64,000 bases of DNA from Guillardia theta CCMP2712 (lineage: Eukaryota > Protista > Cryptophyta), in NCBI RefSeq assembly GCF_000315625.1, contig NW_005434642.1, positions 3,080 to 67,079 of the forward strand. Reading direction: 5' to 3'. This document shows, piece after piece, positions 10,120 through 22,117 of this stretch. The notes beneath the pieces were generated by a model. The model saw nothing but the letters and a program-made list of their open reading frames with translations. It was not told the DNA's origin and made no database searches. Every line of letters starts with the position of its first letter. The first letter of the stretch is position 1. A program made the position numbers and the translations under genes.

Positions 10120-13100
10120 GTCATGTAAATTTCTGGATAGAGTAATATATACAACTTGTCCACCTCAGCACACACTCGATCTTCGAACCCGCCTCGGGTG
10201 CATGAATGATCTGATAGCTGGGCAGAAGGGGCTGTCATGTCATGTGGATAGTGAGGGACGAGAATCTACTTGGGCAGAAACCCTCCCGTGAACATGCGAA
10301 TGAGCGTGCGATCCAAGTCACCCTCCAACATTCCATGCACCAGCACGTCCCTCGAGGCCTGCGGGTGGCGTCAACCCCAGCTCCGACCCTCCTCAGCTCA
10401 CCTGGTAGCCGCTGAAGCGGATGGCGTGGTTGAGCCCCAGCTGGAGCACGCGCGGCACGACGCCCTTGAAAAGAGCTCTGATCCCTTCCTCCTCCACGAT
10501 CGTCTTCATCGTCCCCAGCATGTCTGTGTACCGGCGACTTTTGGCCCCTTCGGCCTTGCGAGCACCCGCAGGTGAAGCCTGGCCTTCCTTGCCAGCTTGC
10601 TCGTCCTCCTTGCCCGGGTTGAAAAACTCTATCGTCTTCTCAGAAGCCAAGGCAAGACGATCCATGACCCCGACGTTCGCCGCATCCTCCCCCTCCGCCG
10701 CCTCGGCTTCAGCCAGCGCGGAGTCCTTGGAGATGTTGTGGATGCCTTCCTCTATCCACGTCTTGAGCTCCGTCCACGAGCTCTTGTCACCTGCAGCGGC
10801 TCCCGTGTACACCGGCTCCTTCTCCTTCTCCTCCTCCTCCTCCTCCTCCTGGTCATTTCCCCCTGAGTCCATCAGAATTCGCGTGCTCGCCACTGACAGC
10901 GGGCATGTCAGACCCGCCGTGATGGCGGAGCAGATGAATCCTCCCACGAACTGATCGGAGATGGTGGGTTCGTGACCGAAGTAAGTGCTCACCAGTCCCT
11001 GGTAGGCTGTGAAGAGCGCGAAGTTGAGGATGGTGAAGGGAAAGTCCAGCTGAAGGAGCGGGATGTAACCGCGATAGAAGCCGTACAGCCCTTCTTTCAT
11101 CAGGATAGTCTGCCGTAGGAGTTCAGAGGGTGTAGTGTCAGAAACCCCCTCCCCCCCCCATCCTCTGCCTTCTCCCTCTCCCACTCCTTCGGTCTTCCTC
11201 CTCTTCCTCGCCCTCCTACCTTGGCACTCTCCACAAAGTTGGGCTCCAGGCCCGTCTGCACCCTCGTCTTCACGGTCTCAGCTGGACAACGTACGAGCCA
11301 GTAGACTGAGTCTGCCAGCACGATACCAGCAAGGAACGTCTGCAGGAGGATCAGCAGGGGGTGAGGAGAACGAGAACTCTTACCTGTGTGGGGTTGAAGC
11401 CTGAAGCAGGCATGACCTTCTTGAGCACGTCCTTGGCTCCAAAAAAGAAGGCTCCCTGTACACAGATGAGGAGAGGAGAGGAGAGGAGAGGAGAGGAGAT
11501 GAGGTGAAGGACAAGGTGAGGTGAGATGAGATGAGGGGACGAGACGAGCAAAATGGATAAAGAACAAGGAATCGGCAGGCAGGAGGGCAGGCGGGAGTGA
11601 AATGACGTCATGAGCAGGAGGGATCGCCAGGCACCTGGATGGGGCTGGCGAGCAGGACAGGCGTCACCCCCCGGTAGACATCGTTGAAGAGTCCCTGGGG
11701 GACTTTGATCGGGAGCCTCGACCAGAAGTTGGTGCTGGAGAAAGTGATCAGAGTCGCTCAGGCCCAGCAGGAGTCCAGCAGTACTTCATGATGCGGGTCG
11801 TCTCAGACCAGATCCTCTCTCCTCTCCTCAGTGTCACGGTCGTCTCGTTCCAGATCCGCTCGCCTCGTCGCCATGCTTGCAAGTTTTGCAGCTGCACCTT
11901 GTAGGGCTTCAGCGCCTGGCTGACCATGGCGGATCCTTGCTCTCCCAGCCGCTGTCTTCGCAGTCAGGCAAATTTACAATTCAGAGACAGGGGAGGGAGA
12001 GAACGAGAATCGATATCATGTGGTAGCTGTAAGTAAGAGCAGGGGGGAAGAGAGAGGTGGAAAGAGGTAGGTCAAGGAGGCAAGGCAAGAAGGGGGCAGG
12101 GGCAGGAAGTAGGAAGAGGGAGAAGAAAGCGAGGAGGTGGAGGAGGAGGTGGAGGAGAAGGAGGAGACGGAGGGGGACCTTGATTAGACGACGAGGATCC
12201 TCTCTGGGCTTGTTGATCATCACAGTTCCCCTCCCGACATCCTTTGTATAGAGCGTGAGGTCGATCTCCGGCCCCTCGACCACCGTCACTTGACCCTCAG
12301 TAAAATCCTCCTGCAAGAAAGCACGTCAGCCCAAGGCGCGAGGAGGAGGCGGACCGTGTACCTCCTCCGATGCCTCTGGCGAGTGTTTGGGGGGGAGGAA
12401 AGAGCCCTGCGTCATCAGCCTGGTACGGATCGTGTCCATGGGGAACGAGACGCAGTCCTTGAGAATCTCCCCTGCTGCTCCGGCGAGCAGACCTCCTTGG
12501 AGGACTTGCAGAGGGCTCAGCGTTGCCTTCTCCACCGTCATCTGCAAAGGTGTGAGAGAACGACGAGGAGGAAGGGAATCAGGATGGCAGGAAGGGAAGA
12601 GGAGGTGGAAGGGGAGGGGGAGAGGAGGAAGGCTGCAGCATGTTCTTACTCCTCCAAATAAGGGGAAGGTGATGTACTCTGCATCTCCCTTGATCTCCTT
12701 CTTGTAGAGATCGAAGGGCAGCACTTGATCCAGCTGCTTCAGCATGTCTTCATTCTTCAGCACCTTCTCCTCCACCACCCCCTGAGCAGCTCGAGTCACG
12801 CTCGCTCCTCCCGCACCTGCTTTCTCACCTGCAAGCTGCTCCATTGACGACGAAGCTTCTCCTTGAGCGAGAGGGGCCTTGTCGGGTCGATCTCAAGCAA
12901 GTCCATGGCTTCCTGCAGCAGCTGCTGTTGCAGATCCTTGTCGTTGACCTGAGCAAACAAGGCCGTCAGAAGGGGAGTCGGAGAAGGAAGAAACAGAGAC
13001 TGCCATTGTTGTCTAGAGTGACAAGGAGAACAAGGAGGGGAGTGAGTGAGCAAACAAGGCCGTCAGAAGGGGAGACGGAGAAGGAAGAAACAGAGACTGC

Positions 13101-14054
13101 CATTGTTGTCTAGCATGACAAGGAGAACAAGGAGGGGAGTGAGTGAGCAAACAAGGCCGTCAGAAGGGGAGACGGAGAAGGAAGAAACAGAGACTGCCAT
13201 TGTTGTCTAGCATGACAAGGAGAACAAGGAGGGGAGTGAGTGAGCAAACAAGGCCGTCAGAAGGGAAGTCGGAGAAGGAAGAAACAGAATATCTTCAGTA
13301 CCTTGTACGCCGTAGATCTCAACTCAGAAGCAAGTTCGATTTGTTTTTGCATGAATTCAGACTTGATCCCCCTTACCTCTCTCCTCATCTTCTCGTCCAG
13401 CAGACTTTCCTCCACCTCCTTGAGCGCGTTCACGATGCTCTCCTCCGACCCCTTCACCTGCGCCCGCACCATCGAGTCCAACGACTTGGTGTCCTTGGGC
13501 TTCAGGGGCTTCAGGTCCTTGTCTCCCTCCAGCAAGATATCCTCTATCTTCTTCAGCTCCGCGTCCATCCCGTTTCTGAGGTCCGCCAAGTCGTTCTGCA
13601 GCTCCTTCCTGATGTTCTGCAGCTCCTTCTTCGTGGCGTCCGCATCTGCTCTCAACGCATTCACCTTCGCTGCTGCACCCCTGCCGCCCGGCATGGCGAG
13701 ATCCTTCGCCTCCTCCTGACGCAGCCCAATCCCCAATGCGATGGATCCAAGGACGGCAGACGAGAAGAGGAAGATTCTCCGGGACTTGCGCGTGTTAGCG
13801 AGGAGAGAGTTCAGAGGTTTCTCCTCCTCTCCTTCATTTTCCGACATCCTGACTGTCAGACTCGCGCTCTCATGCCGGCAAACGCGCCGCGGACAACTGA
13901 GACCTGTTCTCCCCCCCTTCACATCGTGTCGGTTCAGCCTTGCCGCTGCCAAGTCAGCATTCCAGGAGAAGCCGCCTGATCCGATGCATAGGAGGAGCAA
14001 GACGAGAGAGACGAGCTGCACCCGAGGGACCAAACCCCTCCTCCATCTCCCCAT
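10120..14054 (-). CDS. Mitochondrial carrier family (SLC25, SAM-carrier-like) protein with signal peptide/plastid presequence and long N-terminal extension
   Basis: Signatures PMDTIRTRLM, PAETVKTRVQ, PLSVASTRIL; EGLYGFYRGY, EEGIRALFKGVVPR; N-terminus MGRWRRGLVPRVQLVSLVLLLLCIGSGG|FSW. Confidence 0.85.
12951..13288. repeat. 97-bp tandem repeat, ~3.4 copies, forming an intron of the carrier gene
   Basis: GAGCAAACAAGGCCGTCAGAAGGG starts at 12951, 13048, 13145 and 13242. Confidence 0.95.
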
Positions 14055-14624
14055 CTCACCCTCCTTGTCCTGCCGCTGCAATGCACCTGCTGAACTTGGC
14101 TCGATCAAGTCAGCCCGACACAACACCAGCACCCTGAGGCTCAGCCAGCTCGTCTCCTCCCTTGTTCACCGAGCATGACCCCTTTGCATCTTCTCTTCTC
14201 TCTTCCTCCTCCTTCCTCCCGCGCCCCCCGCCATGTTGCAAGTCCGAGCTTCGGCCATCGTCGCCTTCTAACCCGGCAAACTCGCACTGTTCCAAACCCT
14301 TCTCCAATACTTTCGATAAGGTCTCTAATCTGATCATGTATTTTGAATATTTACCTGCAATATTTAAAACTTTCGTCAAATTATTACATCCCAAAATGTA
14401 CAATGATGTATCAAATCTTGTCTTCAGTTTTCAAGAAATGTTACAACAATTTCAAGATTAATTTGAAATATATTAAAATTACCAGAAACTGATTGCTTTC
14501 AAAGACTATTTCGTTATTGATTGTCCTCGTACTGCTTTTTAACTTAACTTTGAGTAAAGGAGTACGGATCGTTATTGAGAACCTGAAACGATGTGTTATG
14601 ACGTCGCATCGACATGGCAGAGAA

Positions 14625-14799
<175 letters not shown>

Positions 14800-15012
14800 G
14801 GAGGAGGATGAGCAGGAGCAGGAGTAGGATAGGCAAGAGAGCGTGAGCATATCACAGACGAACTCGTACGCGAGAAAGGATGTAGCACATGTCTCACTGT
14901 TGAGGTGTAGATGTTGTGGAAGAGACACTTTTCCCGTCAAATCGAGTCAGGATTGTTTGGAGACAGCAGCGGAACGGCGCAGGTGACGGGGAATGCTGAG
15001 AGGAGGCAGAGA

Positions 15013-15603
15013 ATGACATTGTCGTTTCAGATTTTTGTGATAGGGTTTGGAGCGATCGCTGGAGCTCTCATCGGGTTCAAATATCAGGTCGCTGTGCGGA
15101 GAATAATCCTTCTGCTGCTTGCTGCTGCTGCTGCTTGCTGCTTGCTGCTTGCTGCTTGCTGCTTGCTGCTTGCTGCTGCTGCTTGCTGCTGCTGCTGCTG
15201 CTGCTGGTGCTGCTGCTTGCTTGCTTGCTGCTGATTGCTGCTGCTGCTGCTGCTGATGGTTGCTGCTGGTGCTGGTGCTGGTGCTTACTGCTGCTTATTG
15301 CTGCTGCTGCCGTGCTGCCGTGCTTCTGATTGCTGCTGATTGCTGCTGCTTGCTTGCTTGCTTGCTTGCTGCTGCTTGCTTGCTTGCTTGCTTGCTGCTG
15401 CTGCTGCTGCGGTTTCCCCTTCGGCAATAGTCCTTGTGACTAGATGGACGCAGAAGGAATGGATTCTCAAGGATGAGCAAATGAGGAAGGCTAGGCTGCA
15501 GGCGCGACTTGAGAGTCTCAGGGTAAGCAAGGCGGCTTCTTAGCTCTCCTTTCCTTACCAGAGGTGCAGGAGTTGGAGAAATGGGATGAGAAGGAGAAAT
15601 GAA
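15013..15603 (+). CDS. Small single-TM hypothetical protein (3 exons; intron 1 is a CTG/CTT repeat)
   Basis: MTLSFQIFVIGFGAIAGALIGFKYQ|..EWILKDEQMRKARLQARLESLR|..VQELEKWDEKEK-stop, with GT-AG junctions. Confidence 0.6.
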
Positions 15604-15687
15604 GGAGGAACGAGAGGAGAGAGAAGGTTGTTGTAGATTTAGAGCGAGTCCTGCTCAGGGATTCTTCGGATAGACTTGCGAATAGAT

Positions 15688-16799
15688 ATGTTGTGCTTGC
15701 GTTTGCGACAGTCTCCCTTCTTTGATCTCGTCCTCTTGTGCGCCATCGGCAGCTTCTCTGTCGCCATGGCGACGCCTGGAGGAGCGGTTCCGGCAGCATT
15801 GAAGAGGAGGAGAGCAGAGACCGTGGCCTTTCTGGTGCGGCAGGAAGCGAGTTGGGAGGAGAAGGAGGCGGCAATCCGCCAGTCCATGCGAGGATGTATG
15901 AAGGGGAGGACGGCGATCGTGACAGGAGGGAACAGGGGGCTGGGGAAGGAACTTAGCATGCTGCTGGCGGGGGAGGCGAAGGCGAGGACGATCATGGCAT
16001 GCAGAGACAGGAGGAGCTGCGAGCAAACGGCGGCTGAGATTCGATCCCAGTATGCAGGAGCAGACGTGACCTGCGCTTTCCTCGATCTCTCTGACCTCTC
16101 GAGCGTCAAGAAGTTTGCAGAGGAGAGGAGAGGAGCAAGAATCGACCTGCTGGTACACAACGCTGGAGTTATGGCCGTGCCCGACACGAAGACGAGGGAC
16201 GGGCTGGAGACGACCATGCAAGTGAACTTCTTCGCTCCTCTCCTCCTCTCGGCCCTGCTTGCAGACTCGATGAAACGCTCTCGATCTCCCTCTTTCTTCT
16301 CGTCCTCCTCCTCCTCCTCGTCAGGTGACAGGATGTGGGGAAGCATCCCGCGAATTGTTTGGATCTCCTCGGCACTGCATCTGCTAGGCAGCAGCGGCAG
16401 CGGCGGCTGGAGAGGAGGAGGAGGAAGGGGAGATGTAAGAGGTCTCGCCTTCCAGCAGAGAAGATTCTTAGGGAGGTGGCGAGCTTACGCTGACAGCAAG
16501 GTGAGAAAGTTTGCGGGGAGGTGGAGGGGAGCTGAGAAGCGCGCCAGCTGCTGGGGGTGATGGCTGTGAAGGAGCTGGAGGGTGAGCTGGGGGTTGAGAG
16601 CGTCGCTGTGCGGCCGGGCACGATGAGGACAGACATCACGCGGGAGTCTGCGACAGCTGGGGTGCTGTTGAGGGCGATGGACGAGCTCGGGCTCCTCCGC
16701 CCGTTGAGGAGAGCAGCGTACGGGGTAATGCTGGCGGCTCTCTCCCTTGAAGGAGGAGGAGGAGGAGGAGGAGGAGGGAGGGAGGGAGGGAGGGAGGGA
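15688..16799 (+). CDS. Short-chain dehydrogenase/reductase, retinol dehydrogenase (RDH11-14/WWOX)-like; 3' end lost in gap
   Basis: TAIVTGGNRGLG, MACRD, LDLSDLSSVKKFA, HNAGVM, DGLETTMQVNF, RIVWISS, YADSK (YxxxK), VAVRPG. Confidence 0.92.
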
Positions 16800-17503
16800 N
16801 NNNNNNNNNNNNNNNNNNNNNNNNNNNNNNNNNNNNNNNNNNNNNNNNNNNNNNNNNNNNNNNNNNNNNNNNNNNNNNNNNNNNNNNNNNNNNNNNNNNN
16901 NNNNNNNNNNNNNNNNNNNNNNNNNNNNNNNNNNNNNNNNNNNNNNNNNNNNNNNNNNNNNNNNNNNNNNNNNNNNNNNNNNNNNNNNNNNNNNNNNNNN
17001 NNNNNNNNNNNNNNNNNNNNNNNNNNNNNNNNNNNNNNNNNNNNNNNNNNNNNNNNNNNNNNNNNNNNNNNNNNNNNNNNNNNNNNNNNNNNNNNNNNNN
17101 NNNNNNNNNNNNNNNNNNNNNNNNNNNNNNNNNNNNNNNNNNNNNNNNNNNNNNNNNNNNNNNNNNNNNNNNNNNNNNNNNNNNNNNNNNNNNNNNNNNN
17201 NNNNNNNNNNNNNNNNNNNNNNNNNNNNNNNNNNNNNNNNNNNNNNNNNNNNNNNNNNNNNNNNNNNNNNNNNNNNNNNNNNNNNNNNNNNNNNNNNNNN
17301 NNNNNNNNNNNNNNNNNNNNNNNNNNNNNNNNNNNNNNNNNNNNNNNNNNNNNNNNNNNNNNNNNNNNNNNNNNNNNNNNNNNNNNNNNNNNNNNNNNNN
17401 NNNNNNNNNNNNNNNNNNNNNNNNNNNNNNNNNNNNNNNNNNNNNNNNNNNNNNNNNNNNNNNNNNNNNNNNNNNNNNNNNNNNNNNNNNNNNNNNNNNN
17501 NNN
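16800..17503. other. Assembly gap (N run)
   Basis: N bases flanked by (GGAG)n on the left and C-rich repeat on the right. Confidence 1.
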
Positions 17504-17547
17504 CCCTCCCCTCCCTTCTCCTGCCCCCCTCATTCTCCTCCTCCTCA

Positions 17548-20500
17548 CCTTTCGGCCCTCGTCTCGTCTGATCTCTCGGAGAGCTTCGAGGGCCCCTTGA
17601 TCTCCTCCTCTCATGCCCGCTCTTCGCCTGCATGTACGCTTGCTTCGCTCGCTGCAGGTAGGCGGCCTGTCCTAAACATTATCCTCTTCGTTTTCGTCTC
17701 CTCCTCCTTGTCGTCTCCACCACCACCTCCTCCTCGTCGTCGTCTCCTCCTCCTCCTCCTCGTCTCTTCTTCCTCCTCTGCCCTCCTCTCTCCTCTCCAT
17801 TCCTTCTTCACCCCGTCACTTGCTCCTCCTTCCCCCTCCTCCTTTCCTCAGCTCTTACGTCGCTCTCCTCGTCCGATTGGTCATCTTGGTGCATGGAAGG
17901 AACTCTGTTGGCCTGGTACGTTCCTTGCTGCTCCCTGGGAGAACTCTGCAATCGTCGTCAGCAAACAAGTATCCTCCTCCCTGCTGCTGCTGCTGCTGCT
18001 GCTGCTACTGATTCTTGTGCTTCTTCTTCTTCTTCTTCTCCCTCTCTTTCTCCCTCTCTTTCTCCCTCTCCTCCCCTTCCTATCTCAACATCACCACAGC
18101 CCTCACATCGTAGTGAAGTGACGCCTCCTCCATGGACGCTTGTGGGCGGCCAGCGAAGTCACGGAGGGTGTAGGTGGTGCCTTCGGAAGGAGAGAAGGAG
18201 GCAGACTGAGGAGGTTTCCCTCCGCTCCCGCTCGATCGCACGGAGAACTGCTTGGCCGGCAGCCGACGAGGAGACTGAGGACGAGGCTGTGACTTGGCAT
18301 CCTGTCGAGAGACAGACTTTCCTGCAATCGAAGTCAGGGAGGAGAGGGGAGGACGAGGAGAGCAAGAGAAACAAGAGAGGAAGGCGTAAGGGAAGGCGAG
18401 GAGGAGAAGAGGCGAGGAGGAGAAGAGGCGAGGAGGAGAAGAAGCGAGGAGGAGAAGAGGCGAGGAGGAGGAGGAGGAGGAGGCGGAGGAGGAGGAAGAG
18501 GAGGAGGCGGAGGAGGAGGAGGAGGAGGAGGAGGAGGAGGAGGAGGAGGAGCATACTTATGCGATCTTTCAGCGTCGACTTCAAGTCCATCTCAGACCCC
18601 TCAGTCTCTTCTTCGTAATCTCCCACCATCTTCGACGCTCTAAGTTTGTGACCATCTGACTCGAGCGACTGTACCAAGATCAACAGGACAACAAACCTCC
18701 TCCTCCTCTCTCATTCCTTCCTCTTGATTTCTTCTCCCTCAATCCCTCCCTCTGACTTCCTCCTTCTGCTTGCCTCTCTCTGTCCTCCTCTTCCTCCCTC
18801 CCCGCTCCTCCCTTCCCCACTGCTGTCCTCTCGCTATTTCTCCCTTCCTCCCTGCATCCATCGCGCTCCTCCATCTTCATCTCTCCTCCACTTCGTCCCC
18901 CTCCTTCCCCCTCGCAATCCTCAGTATCATCTCACCGATACTCTCTCCAAAGCTTCGTCCTTGTTCTTGTTTGTGACAACCTCCTTGCTGAATTTCGCAA
19001 ACTCCTCCTCATCCACTCCTGACTCTATCAGCTTTTTGTCGAAGTACATCTTGAAGTAGAGAAGGGCGAAACCATAACCTAGTCGATTCATCATCATCAT
19101 CATCATCATCATCATCGTCGTCGTCGTCGTCGTCGTCGTCGCCATCATCATCATTGCAGAACAACAACTCACAAGATTTTGCAATGACATCTAGGATGCA
19201 ATGAAAGACCTGAAAGGTCGCGGCATGTTACTCATATGCGGTTACAGAAAAAGAGATCACATGGTTCAAGTCACTGCCGATCAAGTTTGCTGCTCTGTCC
19301 GACAGGATCCAGAGGACAGGGAAGAAGATCCAGATGCCTCGAGGAAAGTCAGCCGAGGACTCGTCAATGAAGAGTCATGTACCGAAATAGCAAAAGCAGG
19401 CTGTCTTCAAGTATCTTTCATAAAGCTCCATCAGTCCCCTCTCTTCTCCCCTCCCATCAATCCTCCCTGTTCCTCTCCATCTCTTCCGATCTGCCCTTCC
19501 CTCATTTTTTTCAGGGAAGCGCCATCACCTTCGCCCTGCATCCCTCCCCTCTCTTCCTTCTCTTCCCTTCCTCTCTTCATCTCACCCTCACCTGATACTT
19601 CTCTTGGCGTTGTTGTCTCGTGCGCAGAAGGTGTAGAAATCAAGTCTCTCCCTCACAATCGACAGGATGAAGACGTAGGTGAAGATGAAGAGGCAGAGGC
19701 CCATGGCGAACCACGCGTAGGAGGCAGGAGGTGGAGCCAGGAATGAAGCTACTGCATGCACCTGGCAAGCACTCCAGGATTACTCCCCGACTTTTTTCTC
19801 TGTTCTCTCTCTTCTCTTCTCTTCTCTTCTCTTCTCTTCTCTCCGTTCTCTGCACTGCTCTGCCCTCCCCTCCTCCCCCTTTGTCCCCTCTGCTCTGCTT
19901 TGCTCTCTGCTCTGCTCTCCTCCCCTTTCCCCTCCCAACGCATTACCAGGCACGTCAACACCAGCAGGGCACTGGTGACCTTGTATGGAGCATCGAGATT
20001 CCACATGAGGTCAAGTGTGAGGATAGGACAGCTGCAGATCAAGAACGTTAGCAAGTGACACAGGAAAGGCTTGACAGCATGGATGGATGGATGTAGAAAA
20101 TGGATGGAAGGATGGATGAAGGGAGGGGGGAAGGAGGGAGGATAGGGAGGACTGAGAGCAAAGCGAGGATTACGTCATGCAGTAGTCAACGTATCTCAGC
20201 GTTGTGAAGATCACGAAGCCATCGTTGTTCGATTGAGATTGAATGATCTTTGCAAAGTACGAAACAGCGCACCTGAAGTTTCAAATCAGCATGGAAGAGT
20301 CGAAAACAGTTTTCTCCAACCATAAGTTGATGAACACCCCCAGCATGTTCTGTTCACGATAACCATTGTAATACTTCTCCTGCCCGCTAAAGCCCCAAGA
20401 AACAAGTCAGAAACATGATCGTCAGAAACACAATCACCCCCCCTCTGCTCCTGCTGCATCTACCTTGGTCCCTTGTAGCGCAGAGCTTGAGTGATAAGAC

Positions 20501-20618
20501 AGATAAAAGCTGATTCAAGTGAAAGGAATGAAATCTGCATTCACAGCAATCAAGCAACAAGACGCACTCCCAAGTCACTTACCCAGTTTGATGCGATCAC
20601 TGCGCTCGAAGAAACCAT
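17548..20618 (-). CDS. Bacteriorhodopsin-like cation channelrhodopsin (cryptophyte BCCR, DTD motif) with long cytoplasmic tail running into the gap
   Basis: Exons 20618-20583, 20534-20464, 20386-20321, 20272-20174, 20031-19947, 19761-19592, 19414-19383, 19337-19261, 19209-19173 and 19078-18936 splice in frame with GT-AG. TM3 is LRYVDYCMTCPILTLDL; TM7 is FHCILDVIAKSCYGF with the retinal-binding Lys. Confidence 0.95.
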
Positions 20619-21264
20619 CTCGATCGTGCAGACAAGACAAGTATTTACACAAGACCAAACTGATACGCCAAGTGTTATCCCATCGGTTCACGATTTCTCC
20701 TCTCAAAAGGAAACTTGTTGCTCCACCAACTTATTCAACATGATGTATTCAAGGAGCCAAGTACGATGCATTTTGATGTCCACCTCAAGAGGAAAATCCA
20801 TTCTTTGTAGCACACATGACTTGATAGCTCAATCCATGAGTCTATCGTGAGTGAATTCTCTCTTGCTTGATTCTTCCTTGCGCTCGTACTTCTCGATTTC
20901 CTCACGCCCTCGCTCTCTCGCTTTTTGTATCTACATACCCAGAGTTTCACTTCCTTATTATCATCAAGAACCTAATTGTCTTGGTTCTTCTGCAAACCTA
21001 TCATCCATGCATTGCAAGCCTCTTCTCTATCCCTTAACCTTCTTCTCTATCCCTTAACCTATCCTTTCCTCTCGAGAATTCCTCCTTCTTCACAGAAGCT
21101 TCGCTAACCCTTCTCTGTAGACCAGTCGACTGCAGTGGTACCAGCCACACCTAACCTCAACATTCCTCCTTTTCCTTCTGCTTCTGCTTCTGCTTCTGCT
21201 TCTGCTCCTGCTCCTGCTTCTGCTTCTGCTCCGGCTGCTCCTTCTCCTGCTCCTGCTGCTAATG

Positions 21265-21315
<51 letters not shown>

Positions 21316-22117
21316 CGCTCCATCTCATTCCTCGTCTGATTGCCCTATGAAGGCATTTCCTCTCCGCCCATGCCTTTGTAACATGCCATGCATGTTCCCC
21401 CTCCATTTCCATTTCCATTTCCAAAGGGGGTGATCCTGAGTACCCCTCCTCGAAAAATATCCCAATTTTCATGGAATTTGCAGGGGTAGAGATGCAGATT
21501 TAGTCGACATTTGAACCCCCTGCGCGAAAGATTTCAATCAACGTTTGACTAGCATATGGTCCCCATTAATCGTACTTCCTACTATAGATTTAGGAGTAGG
21601 GTGGGTGGTAGGCCATGGGATCGCGATAATGGTAGGGTGGTCAGTCGATAATTTCAAATTCGATAAGGGTAGGGTGCAGAAAATAGGGGGTAGGGTGTAT
21701 GGCCATGGAGGGGTGCATGTGTATAAATCCGAGAAATAAGGGGCATTGGACTACCCTACCCACTGGCACTTGCTCAACCACCCCCTGTCCGCAACTGAAG
21801 TGGGCCCTCGATGACCTTTCCACCCCAAGATATTCACTCAAATACCCACCCCATGTCTTCGACTACCCCACCTACCATTCGAAACGTATAACCCATCCCC
21901 TACTAAAGTGCCCCATTTCTATACTTCCCTAGAGGGTCCTAGGGTACTTTAGGAGCACTAGGACCAATAAAATGGGGGATGAGGCAAGGGCTCACTAAAG
22001 GGATTAGGGTTGAGGACCGGAGTTCGAGCCCGAACCGTGACAGGAGGAGGAGGAGGAGGAGGAGGAGGAGGAGGAGGAGGAGGAGGAGGAGGAGGAGGAG
22101 GAGGAGCTCGACTTCCT

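Noticed and set aside
16169-17633. Long ORFs containing X runs
   Set aside because: Artefacts of reading through the N gap
22000-22040. tRNA/B-box-like GTTCGAGCC (also TTCGAACCC near 10183)
   Set aside because: No cloverleaf, acceptor stem or A-box could be built; the 10183 site lies in the last carrier exon
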